This document shows, piece by piece, positions 9,242-22,100 of a stretch of 64,000 bases of DNA (position 1 is its first letter; every line of letters begins with the position of its first letter). The stretch is from the sequence record OP557969.1, one strand, 5' to 3'. A program made the translations under genes and the position numbers. The notes below the pieces were generated by a model. It made no database searches. It was not told the origin of the DNA and was given only the letters and a program-made list of their open reading frames with translations. This DNA comes from Escherichia phage ph0011.

Positions 9242-10731
9242 TCTGTGTCCTTATGTATACGATAAGCTGTATTTGGTTTAACTGCGTCATGTAATGGAAC
9301 TTTATTATCACTATTTACGAACTTAGTAAGTGCTAAATCTGCACCTTCCCACGGTTTTCTACCACCGTAATCAAAAATAACCCATGAATTCTTAGTTGCA
9401 TTGAATTCCCACAGTGTAACTGGTGTATAATCAGTACGGTAAAAGTAATCACCATCAACTGCATCAGTAGGGAACATGTTTCCTTCTGGAACTGTACCTC
9501 TTGCTGGTGGGATTTTAGGGCGATAATCCTGTTGTGCATCAATATTTCCATATACACAACTTGATGTGAATGGGTCATTGACGTAAGTTACTTTTGGTTC
9601 GCCCCATTTACCATCATTGTACTGAAAAATGTGTGGTTCTTTATAAAAAATACAAAAATCTTCAATATCTTTTGGTGGATTTTCACTGGTCGTGTATTCA
9701 ACATCACAATTTAACCATTTTTTAACACTTTTATCGTACTGGTATAGTGTATACCCAGTTACATCTACATCATTCTCTTTAAAGAAGAAATCACCATCCA
9801 TAGGTTTCTTAGGAAAAACGGTTCCACGCTTGACTTCCAGTGAAATCCATGTATCATTATCGTATTCTTTAAGTATTGGGTATGTTTTTTTCAAAAAATA
9901 CATACCACTTGCAGGTTCTTCGGGGAAATCATATCCATTAAGCATATACTTTGACAAATCAACAGTATCACGACGGTCATCATACAAATGCTCGTTGGTA
10001 TAATGAATATAAGGCACTTCATCATCAGCTTGCATAATGATACGATTCATAATATCCATTTCATTACTATAGTTACTGTTATCAGATGTACCATCATCAG
10101 TGTTACCATTACCATTATTTGGATCATTTGGGTTATCAGGGTAATTGTTGTTTCCTAGTAAGTCGGAGTACTCAGGAGAGTCAGTCAATGGCTTTACTCG
10201 AAGTTTATAAATGTGATGTTGCCAAGTAACAGAGTAACCTTCTGCTGTACGAAACGCATCTTGGACCACATAGAAGCGATTCAGACCAGAATCTTTACCA
10301 AGAACATCATAATCACGTAAATTTGGTAGTTCAATTACATCACCAGGCATGATTTTTCTACCCAATCGTTGCATCATGGTATTGTAGTGGATTGTAATGT
10401 CCATCGTGTTGAAATTAAAGAACAAACCTGGAATTTTCAAGTCAGGTGTTGCTTCTTGAACTTGATAGACACAACTTAGTGTGATTGCTTCAAGATTATA
10501 GTTTCTATTTGGGGTGTCTCCAAAAATTAAATCACCAATACTTGACACAACCGATCCAGAAGATGTATAATCACCGCCATATGATAAGTCTTTGTTATCT
10601 GCAACTTGTTTTGGGCCGACATAAGCGTAAAGCCACATGTCAACACCACCAATGTTGTATTGTTCAGCAATGGCAGAGTCAATGAACTTGTAATCATTGG
10701 TTCTACCTTTTTTCCACATTCTATATGTCAT
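9238..10731 (-). CDS. Hypothetical structural protein (neck gp13/gp14-like by position, 497 aa)
   Basis: ORF-track start at 10743 is TTG; ATG at 10729-10731 (MTYRMWKKG...) has RBS GGAGA 5 nt upstream, so start moved. Internal repeats DGDYFYRTDY / DGDFFFKENDVDVTGY. Confidence 0.45.
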   Translation of the reverse strand: MTYRMWKKGRTNDYKFIDSAIAEQYNIGGVDMWLYAYVGPKQVADNKDLSYGGDYTSSGSVVSSIGDLIFGDTPNRNYNLEAITLSCVYQVQEATPDLKIPGLFFNFNTMDITIHYNTMMQRLGRKIMPGDVIELPNLRDYDVLGKDSGLNRFYVVQDAFRTAEGYSVTWQHHIYKLRVKPLTDSPEYSDLLGNNNYPDNPNDPNNGNGNTDDGTSDNSNYSNEMDIMNRIIMQADDEVPYIHYTNEHLYDDRRDTVDLSKYMLNGYDFPEEPASGMYFLKKTYPILKEYDNDTWISLEVKRGTVFPKKPMDGDFFFKENDVDVTGYTLYQYDKSVKKWLNCDVEYTTSENPPKDIEDFCIFYKEPHIFQYNDGKWGEPKVTYVNDPFTSSCVYGNIDAQQDYRPKIPPARGTVPEGNMFPTDAVDGDYFYRTDYTPVTLWEFNATKNSWVIFDYGGRKPWEGADLALTKFVNSDNKVPLHDAVKPNTAYRIHKDTE

Positions 10732-10773
10732 ATTTGTCTCCAAAATAATTCGGGTATATCTTTATTTACCATG

Positions 10774-10801
10774 TAGACAAACCATAAGAATGTGATATAA
10801 T
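10774..10801 (+). promoter_or_regulatory. Sigma70-type promoter with extended -10 (TAGACA-N16-TGaTATAAT) upstream of the ClpA-like gene
   Basis: Hexamers read directly; ~40 nt upstream of ATG 10840, which has RBS GGAGA. Confidence 0.5.
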
Positions 10802-10839
10802 GTTTGTTAATTAGAGTGACGTGAATCACAGGAGAATAC

Positions 10840-13128
10840 ATGAATCTTACTCAATTGTTCAAAAAAAGCGACGAACTAGCAACATCCCTAGGTCATACTT
10901 TCTTGACTATTGACCATGTGAGTGCTACAGTACTGACTATTGATAGTATCAAGGGCGTGTTCGAAGAAATGAACATCGATGCTGACAAATTGCATAGTCG
11001 ACTGATGAACTATCTTAAAAATACAACGGTTCCAAGTGCACCAAAAAGTACACTCGATGAAGATGCTAATCGCACTTCACTTCTGGTGAACCGTGTTGTA
11101 CATGAGCTTTCGAAAAAATCAGTCATTGAACAACTAAAAAGTGATGATTTTTCGATTGATGCATATTTTGTTCTATTTGAATGTTTATCATTCCCAAACA
11201 CTGCACTTGAAGCTGCTTTGAAAGAAGAAGGCGTTAGCTGTACCGAAGCTGCTCGTGCACTACAGAAACACGTTGAGGCACTGGAAAAGGGTATCAACCT
11301 TCAAAGTATCAATGACGAACCTACTGGAGATAAAAAAGTGGCTCAACCACAGCAATCATCTAAACAAAAAGGTTTAGCAGACTATACAACAAACCTAACG
11401 GCACTTGCAAAAGAAGGCAAACTAGACCCAATGATTGGTCGCCAAAAAGAGCTATCTGCATTGATTGAGACTCTTGCTCGCAAAACCAAAAAGAATGCCA
11501 TCCTGACTGGTGAAGCTGGTGTTGGTAAAACACAAATCATCGACGGTCTTGCACAAGCAATTGCTGATGGTAATGTACCAGAGCACTTAAAAGATGTTGA
11601 AATTCTTTCCCTAAATGTTGGTGCGTTGACTGCTGGGACTAAGTATCGTGGTGAATTTGAGGAACGTATCGATAATTTACTAAAAGAACTAAAGAAACGT
11701 GAAAACACAATTGTTTTCATTGATGAAATCCATATTATGGTCGGAGCAGGTTCTGCAAGCAACGGTTCAATGGACATGAGCAATATGCTTAAACCAGCAC
11801 TATCACGTGGTGAGATTCGTGTAATTGGTGCAACAACATACGAAGAATATCGTAAAAACATCGAGAAAGATAGTGCATTGACTCGTCGTTTTATGAAAAT
11901 TGATGTTGTTGAACCGTCAATCGATGAAACTCGTGAAATTGTGAACGGTCTTAAATCAACTTATGAAAAATTCCATAACGTTGAGTTTACAAAAGATGCA
12001 ATGGATGCAGTAATTTCTCTCAGTGAGAAGTTCTTGAAAAATAAACACTTCCCAGATAAAGCAATTGACCTAATGGATGCTGCTGCTGCGAAAGTGCGTT
12101 CACGTGATAATAATAGTAAACTAATTACAGAGAATTTGATTCAAGAAGTTGTTGCTGGTATTGCTAACTTGGATATCAACGTGGTTGCATGTACAGAAAG
12201 TGAACGTATGCGTAATCTACCAGATGCACTACGTTCACGTGTTTACGGACAAGAAGAAGCGATTCAAAAATTGGTTGATAATGTAATGGTTGCTCGTGCT
12301 GGTCTACGTGATAAGTCGAGTGTTCAGGGTGCTTTTATGTTTGTTGGTCCGTCAGGTACTGGTAAAACAGAAATTACAAAAGCATTAGCTGAAGCAACGG
12401 GTTCAGAGCTTGTTCGTTTTGATATGTCTGAGTTTTCTCAAGAACATACTGTTTCAAAACTAATTGGTTCCCCTCCAGGTTATGTTGGTCACGATTCTGG
12501 TAATGGTTTGCTATTGGATAAGATTGAGCAGTTTCCTAATGCCATTCTACTACTCGATGAAATCGAGAAAGCAGATCGTAAAGTACTACTAACCTTCCTA
12601 CAGGTTCTGGACGAAGGACGTTTGACTGGCTCACAAGGTAAAACTGTTTACTTCAATAACGTAACTGTTATTATGACAACCAACCTTGGTGCGGCTGATT
12701 CAACAAAGCGTAGTATTGGGATGAGTGGTAGTGAAAGTGCACAAGACAAGGCAATTAAAGCATTCTTACCACCAGAATTCATTAACCGTATTGACAGTAT
12801 TGTTACGTTTAATGAACTAAGTAGTGAAGCAATTGACAGTATCATTGATAAATTCATGGGAAGTTTGAATGAACAAGTTAAACATCGCAACGTAAAAGTT
12901 TCACTAACGAAAGCTGCACGTGGATGGCTTGCAAAAAATGGTGTTCAGGTAGGTATGGGTGCACGACCAATGAAACGTACAATTGAACAAAACATTCGCG
13001 TACCACTAGCGAAGGAAATGTTGTGTGGTTCACTGGTAAATGGTGGTAACATTACATTTGATGTTATCAATGACAAACTTGGTATTAAACCAAAACGTAC
13101 TAAAGCAGTTGAAAAAACACTAGCTTAA
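10840..13128 (+). CDS. ClpA/ClpB-family AAA+ unfoldase (two-ATPase-domain Hsp100, 762 aa)
   Basis: D1 Walker A GEAGVGKT and Walker B IVFIDEIH; D2 Walker A GPSGTGKTE and Walker B LLLDEIEKA; GYVGHDSGNGLL; SIGM tripeptide loop where ClpA carries its ClpP-docking IGL loop; ClpA-like length. Confidence 0.9.
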   Translation: MNLTQLFKKSDELATSLGHTFLTIDHVSATVLTIDSIKGVFEEMNIDADKLHSRLMNYLKNTTVPSAPKSTLDEDANRTSLLVNRVVHELSKKSVIEQLKSDDFSIDAYFVLFECLSFPNTALEAALKEEGVSCTEAARALQKHVEALEKGINLQSINDEPTGDKKVAQPQQSSKQKGLADYTTNLTALAKEGKLDPMIGRQKELSALIETLARKTKKNAILTGEAGVGKTQIIDGLAQAIADGNVPEHLKDVEILSLNVGALTAGTKYRGEFEERIDNLLKELKKRENTIVFIDEIHIMVGAGSASNGSMDMSNMLKPALSRGEIRVIGATTYEEYRKNIEKDSALTRRFMKIDVVEPSIDETREIVNGLKSTYEKFHNVEFTKDAMDAVISLSEKFLKNKHFPDKAIDLMDAAAAKVRSRDNNSKLITENLIQEVVAGIANLDINVVACTESERMRNLPDALRSRVYGQEEAIQKLVDNVMVARAGLRDKSSVQGAFMFVGPSGTGKTEITKALAEATGSELVRFDMSEFSQEHTVSKLIGSPPGYVGHDSGNGLLLDKIEQFPNAILLLDEIEKADRKVLLTFLQVLDEGRLTGSQGKTVYFNNVTVIMTTNLGAADSTKRSIGMSGSESAQDKAIKAFLPPEFINRIDSIVTFNELSSEAIDSIIDKFMGSLNEQVKHRNVKVSLTKAARGWLAKNGVQVGMGARPMKRTIEQNIRVPLAKEMLCGSLVNGGNITFDVINDKLGIKPKRTKAVEKTLA

Positions 13129-13136
13129 AAAACAAA

Positions 13137-13162
13137 AGGAGAGCATTTTGCTCTCCTTTTTT
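13137..13162. terminator. Bidirectional intrinsic terminator between ClpA-like gene and giant ORF
   Basis: Stem AGGAGAGC/GCTCTCCT, loop ATTTT, flanked by A-run and T-run. Confidence 0.8.
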
Positions 13163-13163
13163 A

Positions 13164-16100
13164 TTACTTAACTATTAATATTTTTTGAATATCATTACCA
13201 CGAACTCGTAGACTGTTAGTATACACAGAAAGGTCTATTGTATAACTATTTTGAGTATAACGTTTAAACTTATCATAACCGCCCAAATTAATTCCGTTGA
13301 AAGAATATGTAGTATCATGTTTGAAATCGTGTTCTGCACTGTACATTACTCCACGGAGTAAGTTGTTTGTATTTCTAACTTCAACTTTTTCATATCCAAT
13401 CGATATAATGTCACTCTTGTTAGCAGCGGAGCCTGATAACACATTATTTCTAACATTATAATGGCTTACGGAAAGAGGTTGTGCTACATAAGTTGTGTTT
13501 TCTTCACTAATGGTTGTTATGTTAGTGATGGTAGCGTCAGCCACATCAATATACATACTATCAACCATTGGATATTCATACACCCACACACCTTCATTAT
13601 TTTTTGTCGGTTTGATATCTTTCGCATCATATTCAATCACGTTAATTTCTAAACAATCCGGCATTTTAGTTCTTACTAATTCACTAAGAACACCTTCCCC
13701 TGTAATTGGTAGATTATAACCGTTGTCTATAGTAATACCATCATCATTAAATATTTCATTTGATACAACCCAAACATCAACATCATCAGGTGTTACTCCG
13801 TCATTATACTTACCACCATTTAAAGTAGTATCATAAAAAACGTCATAATTAATCACATCAATGGTGTAATTTCTGTTTTGCTCATATAATTTAATATCAC
13901 CCTTGGTAAATTCTGGGTCAGCAAATGTTCTAACACGAACAATGTTCAATGCAAGATGTTGTACTGGCTGATTCAGTTGTCCAAGTGTGATGTTATCATA
14001 TCGAAGAACATTACCAGAACTATCAACCAACTCAATCGTTTCTTTTCCTGTAGTTCTTACAGTGAATAGAATAGGAGTTGTATTATGTTTGATATTAGAC
14101 ACACGTAATATGGTTTCCCATGTACGATTTTGATATCGAATAAAATCTTCACCATCCGGTGTGAAAATCATCACCTTATCACCATCAGATAAGTCACTGT
14201 CAACGATTTCAGCCTCAGTTAAGCTATTAATAGAACGTACACGATAGAAATATTTTTCTTCAAACGGTGATGCCGTTTTATTAATATCATGTTCAATCTT
14301 AGCATATGAAGGAATACTAACAATTGCTTCTGTATGTTTATATGGGTTGATAATTGCCATACCCTCGGTTTTATATCTGCTATTATTACGCAATTGCACT
14401 AGTGATTCAGTATCAAATCCATAACCATCAACAGTGAATCTAATATGCCCAACTGCACGACTAGCTGGATTTATTTCAGATATATCGATAATATAAGGAT
14501 CAACTTCATCATCTTTAACTTCCCATTTGATAGCTGAAGTTTGTGATTCTAATGCAAGGTTGTCAAATGCATTCATATCATTGAAGAACTTAGCTTCAGC
14601 AATACTATCAATTATATATTGATAATCCGAATACATAGGGTTATTTTGATCTTGTGGTAAATCATCTAGATTTATTTCAGCAAGTTTAATCATTTCACCA
14701 TTAGTAATGAAATAATCTTCCATGAAATCATCAATACTTTTATCATCTGGTATACTTTGGTATTCACCATTGATATTTAAGTAGACATGTTTTCTTGGCA
14801 TCATAGTAATAGCATAGATATCAATAGGTGTTTTTGAAAGAATTTCTTCTGCTTTTTCATACATATCAGCAGAGTCTTTATCAAACAACCCTCTCATGGC
14901 TGCCAGTACATGGACCGCATCGGAATAGAAACGTGTATCACCACCAATTTCATCATAACGATAAACATATACACCGTATTCAACTTCAAGTTTCACTTTA
15001 ATATCATGTTCAGATGCATCTGGATATTTTTCTGTAATAAAAGAAATATATTTTTCATATAATTCTTTACTTATTTCAAAATATCCATAGTTATAATCAT
15101 TACTTGAAGAAAAACCTAATGGTAGTCTAGTACTTGGGTTATCATTATAAACCAAACCACTAAATCCACAGCCAACCTCATCATGAATCTTATCATCACT
15201 GATATCTTTATAAAGTTTCAAACGGTTTGCTAATGTATTGTACTGAACATAGTGTCGAAGGTCAGTAAACATTTCATTATGCGTTGATTCGTTATAAATG
15301 CGTTCAAGTGTAGCAGTAAATTCATCAGTTGCTTCTAAATCATCAGCATGTTCTTTATACCACTGGTTTACACCATTTGCAGTTCCTAGTGTTACATCTA
15401 ATTCTGGATAGTACGTTTGTAATAGATACGCATTAACCAAGTCAAATGATTGTTCATTATACACAGGGTAAGAATATATATAACGTTGTAATTCATAGGT
15501 ATTAACAGAATCTTTTTCATTTGATTGATACTTATTATTAACACTAATCAACTCATTAATGTTTGCCAAATCTTTATTCGGTTTACATTGAATATTATCA
15601 TAATGCATAATAATATCAATTTCTTGAAATCTTCTATTTGGTGCAATAAAATCACTAGGCAGAGAACCTACTTTCTCCCATTTTTTAGTGGTTTCATTAT
15701 ATTGAGCGTACTCATAATCCCAAATATCCTTTTCAGTTTTAACCCACGAACCATCAACAAAAATATACCCATTAGGATCTAAATCATTACAAAGACCTTT
15801 GATTAAGTCATCATCAGACGTTTTTTGTTCTATCTGTGAACGGATTTTTGTACGATATGGTTTCACCTCTTCAAAGTACTCAACAATTTGGTTAATCAAA
15901 TTATCATTTGAATAGTTTTGTACCAAAGATTGTTCCAAACCAACAATATAGATATAGGATGTTTTAAATACCCAATCAACAACACCCTGTTCTACGTGTA
16001 CATATTTGACCATATCAAAAACAATTTCACTTTGGTGTAAATCGAAAGAATTTTTTAGCAAAGCAAGTGCTTTTCTAATATTAATTTCACGATTACTAAG

Positions 16101-19100
16101 TGAACCGTCCTCATTATGAACATTATAATCTACATAAAACAAATCGTTAAGCTCAATAGTACTACGTTGTCGCCCAATAGCTTTCCAATAAATTGAATCA
16201 CGTGATTGAGATTTGATATATAAAGTCCAAATGTTTTCACTATCTGTGACTCTAATTATATCACCAACTTGATAGTTTTTAGCATTTGCTTCTTCTAAAC
16301 TTATCTCTTGGATGTAAGCAGTTTTGCTATCATACCCAACATCATACCAATCTGCATAAGACCAGTATTGAGTCATATCTAATGATGTTCCGAGTGATTC
16401 AACATAATCCGATTGCTTAATCATTTTATGTTGTCCTTCACCTTTATTTTCTAAAGTTATAGTAACAACACTACCTGCATTAGCTGGACTATTCATTAAC
16501 TGAATATATCCGTTTTCATCGAAGTGAATAAAATAAACAGCACTAGTTGATAATGGAGTCGGTAGATAACCGCTAGAACTTAAAATAACAGCGTCATTTT
16601 CTTTAAATTTATCCTTTTCAACTGCAATTACAAGTTCATTATTATAAGTTAATACACGGAACGAAACCTCATTAGGGTTAACTTCTGTAGTTTTAACATT
16701 AAACACATCTTCCATAACAACACTATTAGTAGTTATGTTTTGTGATCTATAATAATTATTTGCACTTTCTACAAAGTTTCTACGTGCCTCTATTATATTC
16801 TGGAACCAAGTTTTATTAGAGCCTAAACCAGTGTCAACTTCTGGATATAATAAATCTACAACCTTACCTGACTTCGTAGTTTCTTGACCAATTAGAGAGT
16901 TCCACATAGAGTCCCAAATTAGTGGGTTAAAGTTGTAACTTTCACCCTCTTTGCAAAGTTGATATTGGTCATGTTTAACAACTTCTGTATTGTCCATATA
17001 GTAAGAAATAGTCAAAACACTAGTATCATCATTAACTTCAAACTGCATATTACTAAGAATAAAAGAGTTTTCATTAATTGGTGCGAACCAAGGAATGTTC
17101 AACTGTGATGGATCTTTAATAATACGTGCAATGTCAGTACATGATTTTGTTCTGGTATGAATAGGTGGTACATAAATTGTATCACGTACCCAGAAATAGT
17201 ATTTTGTTACATAACTGTCAGTGGAGCTATCATATTCCAAAAATGTACTATAATTATCTTCAAGTGCTGTTCCACTTGGAAGATACATATTATTATTTTT
17301 GTTTTTCTTAGCAACATCTTTACAGTACTTATCCCAGTTATATGGTTCTACTGGTGAACAAACCCATTCCAACACATCAATAGTACTATGTGGCAACAAA
17401 CGACCCCAGTTGTAACGTTTATATTCATTGGTTGCGTCAATATCAACATTTCCATCTGCATCATAAATGGCACGAGTATAATCCAAATAAAAAGCGGTGC
17501 TAGTGTTCCACCATACTTGACCAACTTTTTCAGCACCCCACGCCTGAACCAATTCGCCATTGCTATTATATTGAGCAGGGTCGATTGGTGAAGTATATGT
17601 TACGTTTTGCATTGCTGCACCAGGAATAACACCATTAATTGGGTCATAAACATTTAGATATAATGCAGTAATGTTTGTACGTTCATCATATGTAGTTGGA
17701 CGTTCAAACAAAGTACTTTGTGGTGCTTTAAAACTATATTTTTTATCAATATATGCTTGACGCTCTTCAGTACTCACAAAACGCGAAACATAACGATACA
17801 AACGAGGGCGTGTATCTGGGTCAGTAAATTCGATATTAATTGAAGTATCAAATGGAACCACCATAACTTTGGAATCATCCCCAGCAGTATAATATTGACT
17901 TTCTACTGTTAAAGTATCTGGCATAAAGTTAGTTTCGTCCACAAAATAATAGTAATCACCATCTTCAAGAGGGATATCATCAGATAGAGTTACTTTACAG
18001 AATTTCTCAGCGTAAACATCTGTGGTTTCGATTGGTGTAATAGAAACCATTTTAACATTAGTGTCAATTAATTCAAAAATGTTCCATAACCCATTTCCAT
18101 CTTTGAACATCCATACTGATTCAGGATTTTCACCTTTACCATTGATATACAACATACGGTCATTGAATGCAGTACTGAAATCTTTCGTAGTATAAGATAC
18201 TTCATCTAATGTAACTGGACCAATATCAGGCAGTTGGATGTGTTCACTTCTACCACTACGCATTGGGAAAGAGAATTTACCATTTGGACGAGTAATCCAT
18301 TGTGGGTCTTTTCCTTGTTCACCAAAGAATACAATATTGTTTCCATTACCATTTGATGTTGCATTTTCATCAAAAGACATCATTTGTGGCTGCTGCTTAA
18401 ATTGGTCATTAATCAATTTAAATTGAAGGTTTTTCTTTCCATCGATGTTACCATATGTACCAACTTTAAACGCCCATTCTTGTAATGCTTTATATTCATC
18501 AGTATCATAGGATTTAGAAACACGAAGAACACGTTCTAAAACTTGGTTTGTACCTTTGTCATGAATAAATCCTTTATAGAAATCAACACGACTTACATCA
18601 CTACTAATCATACGTTGTAGATAATCACGAGATTGATAACCAATCAAATGGCTAGACAATTCTTGTAATTGTACATCGCTAACGGGATGTTCATTGTCAT
18701 AGTAATGTTGAAAATCTGTTACTAGAGTTTCAAATGATGGTATTGTACCAGATTCCAAAATAATAAAACCAGGTGCTTGTAATCTACCAGTCCATGAACC
18801 AGTAATGTACCCATACATTTTAATTAGTTCCTGGATAGAACCATAAGTTGGTTGATAGATATAATCACCAAAAATAGTCTTATCATCAAATATAACAGCA
18901 TGTTCATATGAACACAAACTTAAGCGGATTAATGCAATACGCTTATTAGAATCGGTTGTTCTAACAGTGAATATATTACCAATACGTGAAGTTTCGATTT
19001 CATATTGACGAATACCTTGGTTATTATCATCAAGCAATGACCACACACCACCATTATTTTGTGTAATAGACTGTACTGAACCAAAATCCGAACCAAACTT

Positions 19101-22100
19101 AGCATTTGCAGCACTTGGTGTACAAGAGATAAATTCGCCAGTTACCAGAGGACTCTGACTCCATATCACAAAATCTTTAGCAATAGTGTGCCAATCTTGC
19201 TGAATACCATCTTGATTAACATCTTCGAAAATCCAGCCATGTTCTTTAAGATACTCACCATATCCACAAATAAAAGTGTATACTTCTTGATAACTATTGA
19301 AAATAGTCCCATATTCAATAGAAGCCTCAGACTTCCATTCATTATAATGAACAATATTACGGTTTTCCAATTTAAGAGTTACTTTTCTTCCATTTTTTAC
19401 TGGAAGTTTATATTTAAATTTCGCACCAACCAAATCATATCCATCAATTTGATATGCACTACCATTCCATGTAATTTTGATGGCACTCATCTGTTCATCG
19501 CGAATGTTATTCGAACGCACCAGACCAATCGTTTGGTTTTCTTGTGAAATAAGACCAAATGATTTAGCGTTGAATGTTAATTGATCTGCTTTAGTAAAGC
19601 CACCAATTTTATGTCCCACATTTACGTAAGACGAACGTACAACATCTCCATATTTTGTAGTAATATTTTTATTTTGATACATCAAATAATCACTAACAAA
19701 CATTTGATATCCAATTGTTCTTGTGTTATCTTCACCATGAACAGTTGTGTTTTTATCAAAATTCACACGATTGCGGGTATCCCCGTACAGAAATTGTTCA
19801 CCAGTGGTGATAATTTCTTTCAAATTGTCATTACGGGTATCCCAATAATAGTTGGCAAATTGTGCAGGTTTAGCTTTATACAAAAGTAACATTTGGTCAT
19901 ATGCAAACAATGTGGTGTTCATATACGTAAATTCCATATCACCCATGTCGCCATACGCCCAAGGTTCTGCTCGGTGAACTAAAGATCCAGACACTAATCC
20001 TAAAACTTCAGGAGCAATATACTCAACCACACAAATATCTACACCGGATGATGTTTTATTTCCAGTTTTAGTAATTTTAAATGGTTGTACACCAAATCTT
20101 TTATATTTGTCATACTGACCACGGCGGTCGCCATATAAAATTGTCCCAGTACTACTATCGCCGATTGTATCATTTACATCCCAAAGTCCACTAGGAACCA
20201 AATCACCTTGTTCATCAGTTACAAGTGCCTCATATACATAAACTACATCACCATCACGTTCACCAACTTGGACAGCGGTTGGTTCATACTCTTGGTTCCA
20301 CCAAGTAGGACGTTGTGTAAACCCAAACATTTCCCATGGATGTGTAGCAGGGCGATATGTACCATATTGATCAGTATAGATTGCACGCCATGAACCACGA
20401 GCAGGAATTTCAGTACTTTTACCATCAACAACATAATAGGTTCCAGTATAGTTCCATGTTCTCCAGTTATTAGGATCATAATCATGTGTACTATTACTAA
20501 TACCATTAGATGCAGTGAAGTTAATATAACCACGTAATAGAAGTGTTTGTTTTTCTTCTGCACTATATTCAGTTTTTGTAAAATATGGTGTAGGGAAAAG
20601 ATCATCACTATTCAATACAGGGACATAATCAACATCTTTGAATTTATTGTCAATACTATTGAAAATTCTATTTTCAAGTTCATATACAACATCATCCATT
20701 TTATCAACACCATTGATAACACGGTATGCTTTAGAAATAATACCAGTATGGCTGATATTATAATAGCTAGGTTTACTACCAGCAGTTAGGAATGTTGCTT
20801 TCTCAGGAACGTATGCTTGTAGAATACCTAAAAACTGTGGAGTTGGTGGTATAAATGCACGAATAAGACCAGATGTACTACCCACATTGTCATAATAGAA
20901 TGGGAATGAACTATCACGACCCATATTAATAGTTGCCAAAATAGAATCAACGATGTTAGCTGCACTATTTTGTAAAAAGTTAGTTGGGTTTTCATTGTAC
21001 ATTCTAAGCATTTGTGTATTAAATTTATTAATGAATCTGAAATATTCAGATTGCATAAACATAGTTGCTTCAAATAAATCAATATCTTCATTTGCAGTAT
21101 GAGCCATCAATGGGAGCATAGAAGCTTCATTTTGAATAATTTTAGTTCCTACTCCATTATTCACTAATCCCTTAGCTAAACGTTCTTCATAATCGTTGAA
21201 GTCATCAGCATAACCACTAGTGATATTCTGTTGAATAATATCCTGAAAATGAAGAGTATAGTCTCCTTGATTAATATATATAATATTGGAGTTATATGGG
21301 TTATTTTGTAAGTTAATTGGAACTTCATATGCACCTAATTCTTTATCAGGTGTTACAGTACTGCTATAAGTTCTAATTTGAATAACAGAATCATCATCCA
21401 ATTCAACACTGTTATCGATTGTGATACTTTGCACTTGACCTTTTAATACATTCTTGGTATATTTGGAGATATTAACACCATCAACAACAACTTCAATAAT
21501 ATCAGAGTCATTGTCTAAAACTTTTTGTGCCAATTCAAAAGTATGGTCATATTTTAAAACCTGAATACCATCACCACTAATTTGATGCCAGTCCAAATAT
21601 GTTTCACGTTCAGCTTTATAGTACTGATATGTTTTATCAACTTCGATGACATATGCATACATACCCTCGACTGGTTCTTTAAACAGTTCCATATCATAAA
21701 CAGAACTAAAGACTCGATACATATCAGTACGTTTGACTTGAGGTGTCTGTTTTACAAATTGTTTAGAGAATTCTTTTGAACGCACCCAATCAGTTTGAAG
21801 ATTCATTTTATTATTTTCATCAATGATGTTATAATAATACAAACCACCGATTTCAACTTCAACACCAAGATGGTCATATGTATAACGTTGTGATTGTAAA
21901 AAGTTTTCATAAGTGTAATAGTTATAATCACCAAGTTCAATGTTATACCCATATACACTATCAGCCGCGTAGTTATAGTTGATTTTAAATCCAAATAATG
22001 GTGAACCTTTAAATGTACTGGATGGGTACGTGGTGCTGTTATCTAGTTTGATTCCATTACGATCATAAAGTTGGAATTGAGGAAAGACGTTAACACTTGG

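Noticed and set aside
11010-11861. Minus-strand ORFs (95 and 159 aa) inside the ClpA-like gene
   Set aside because: Fully embedded antisense to a gene with intact Walker motifs; no RBS; products are low-complexity.
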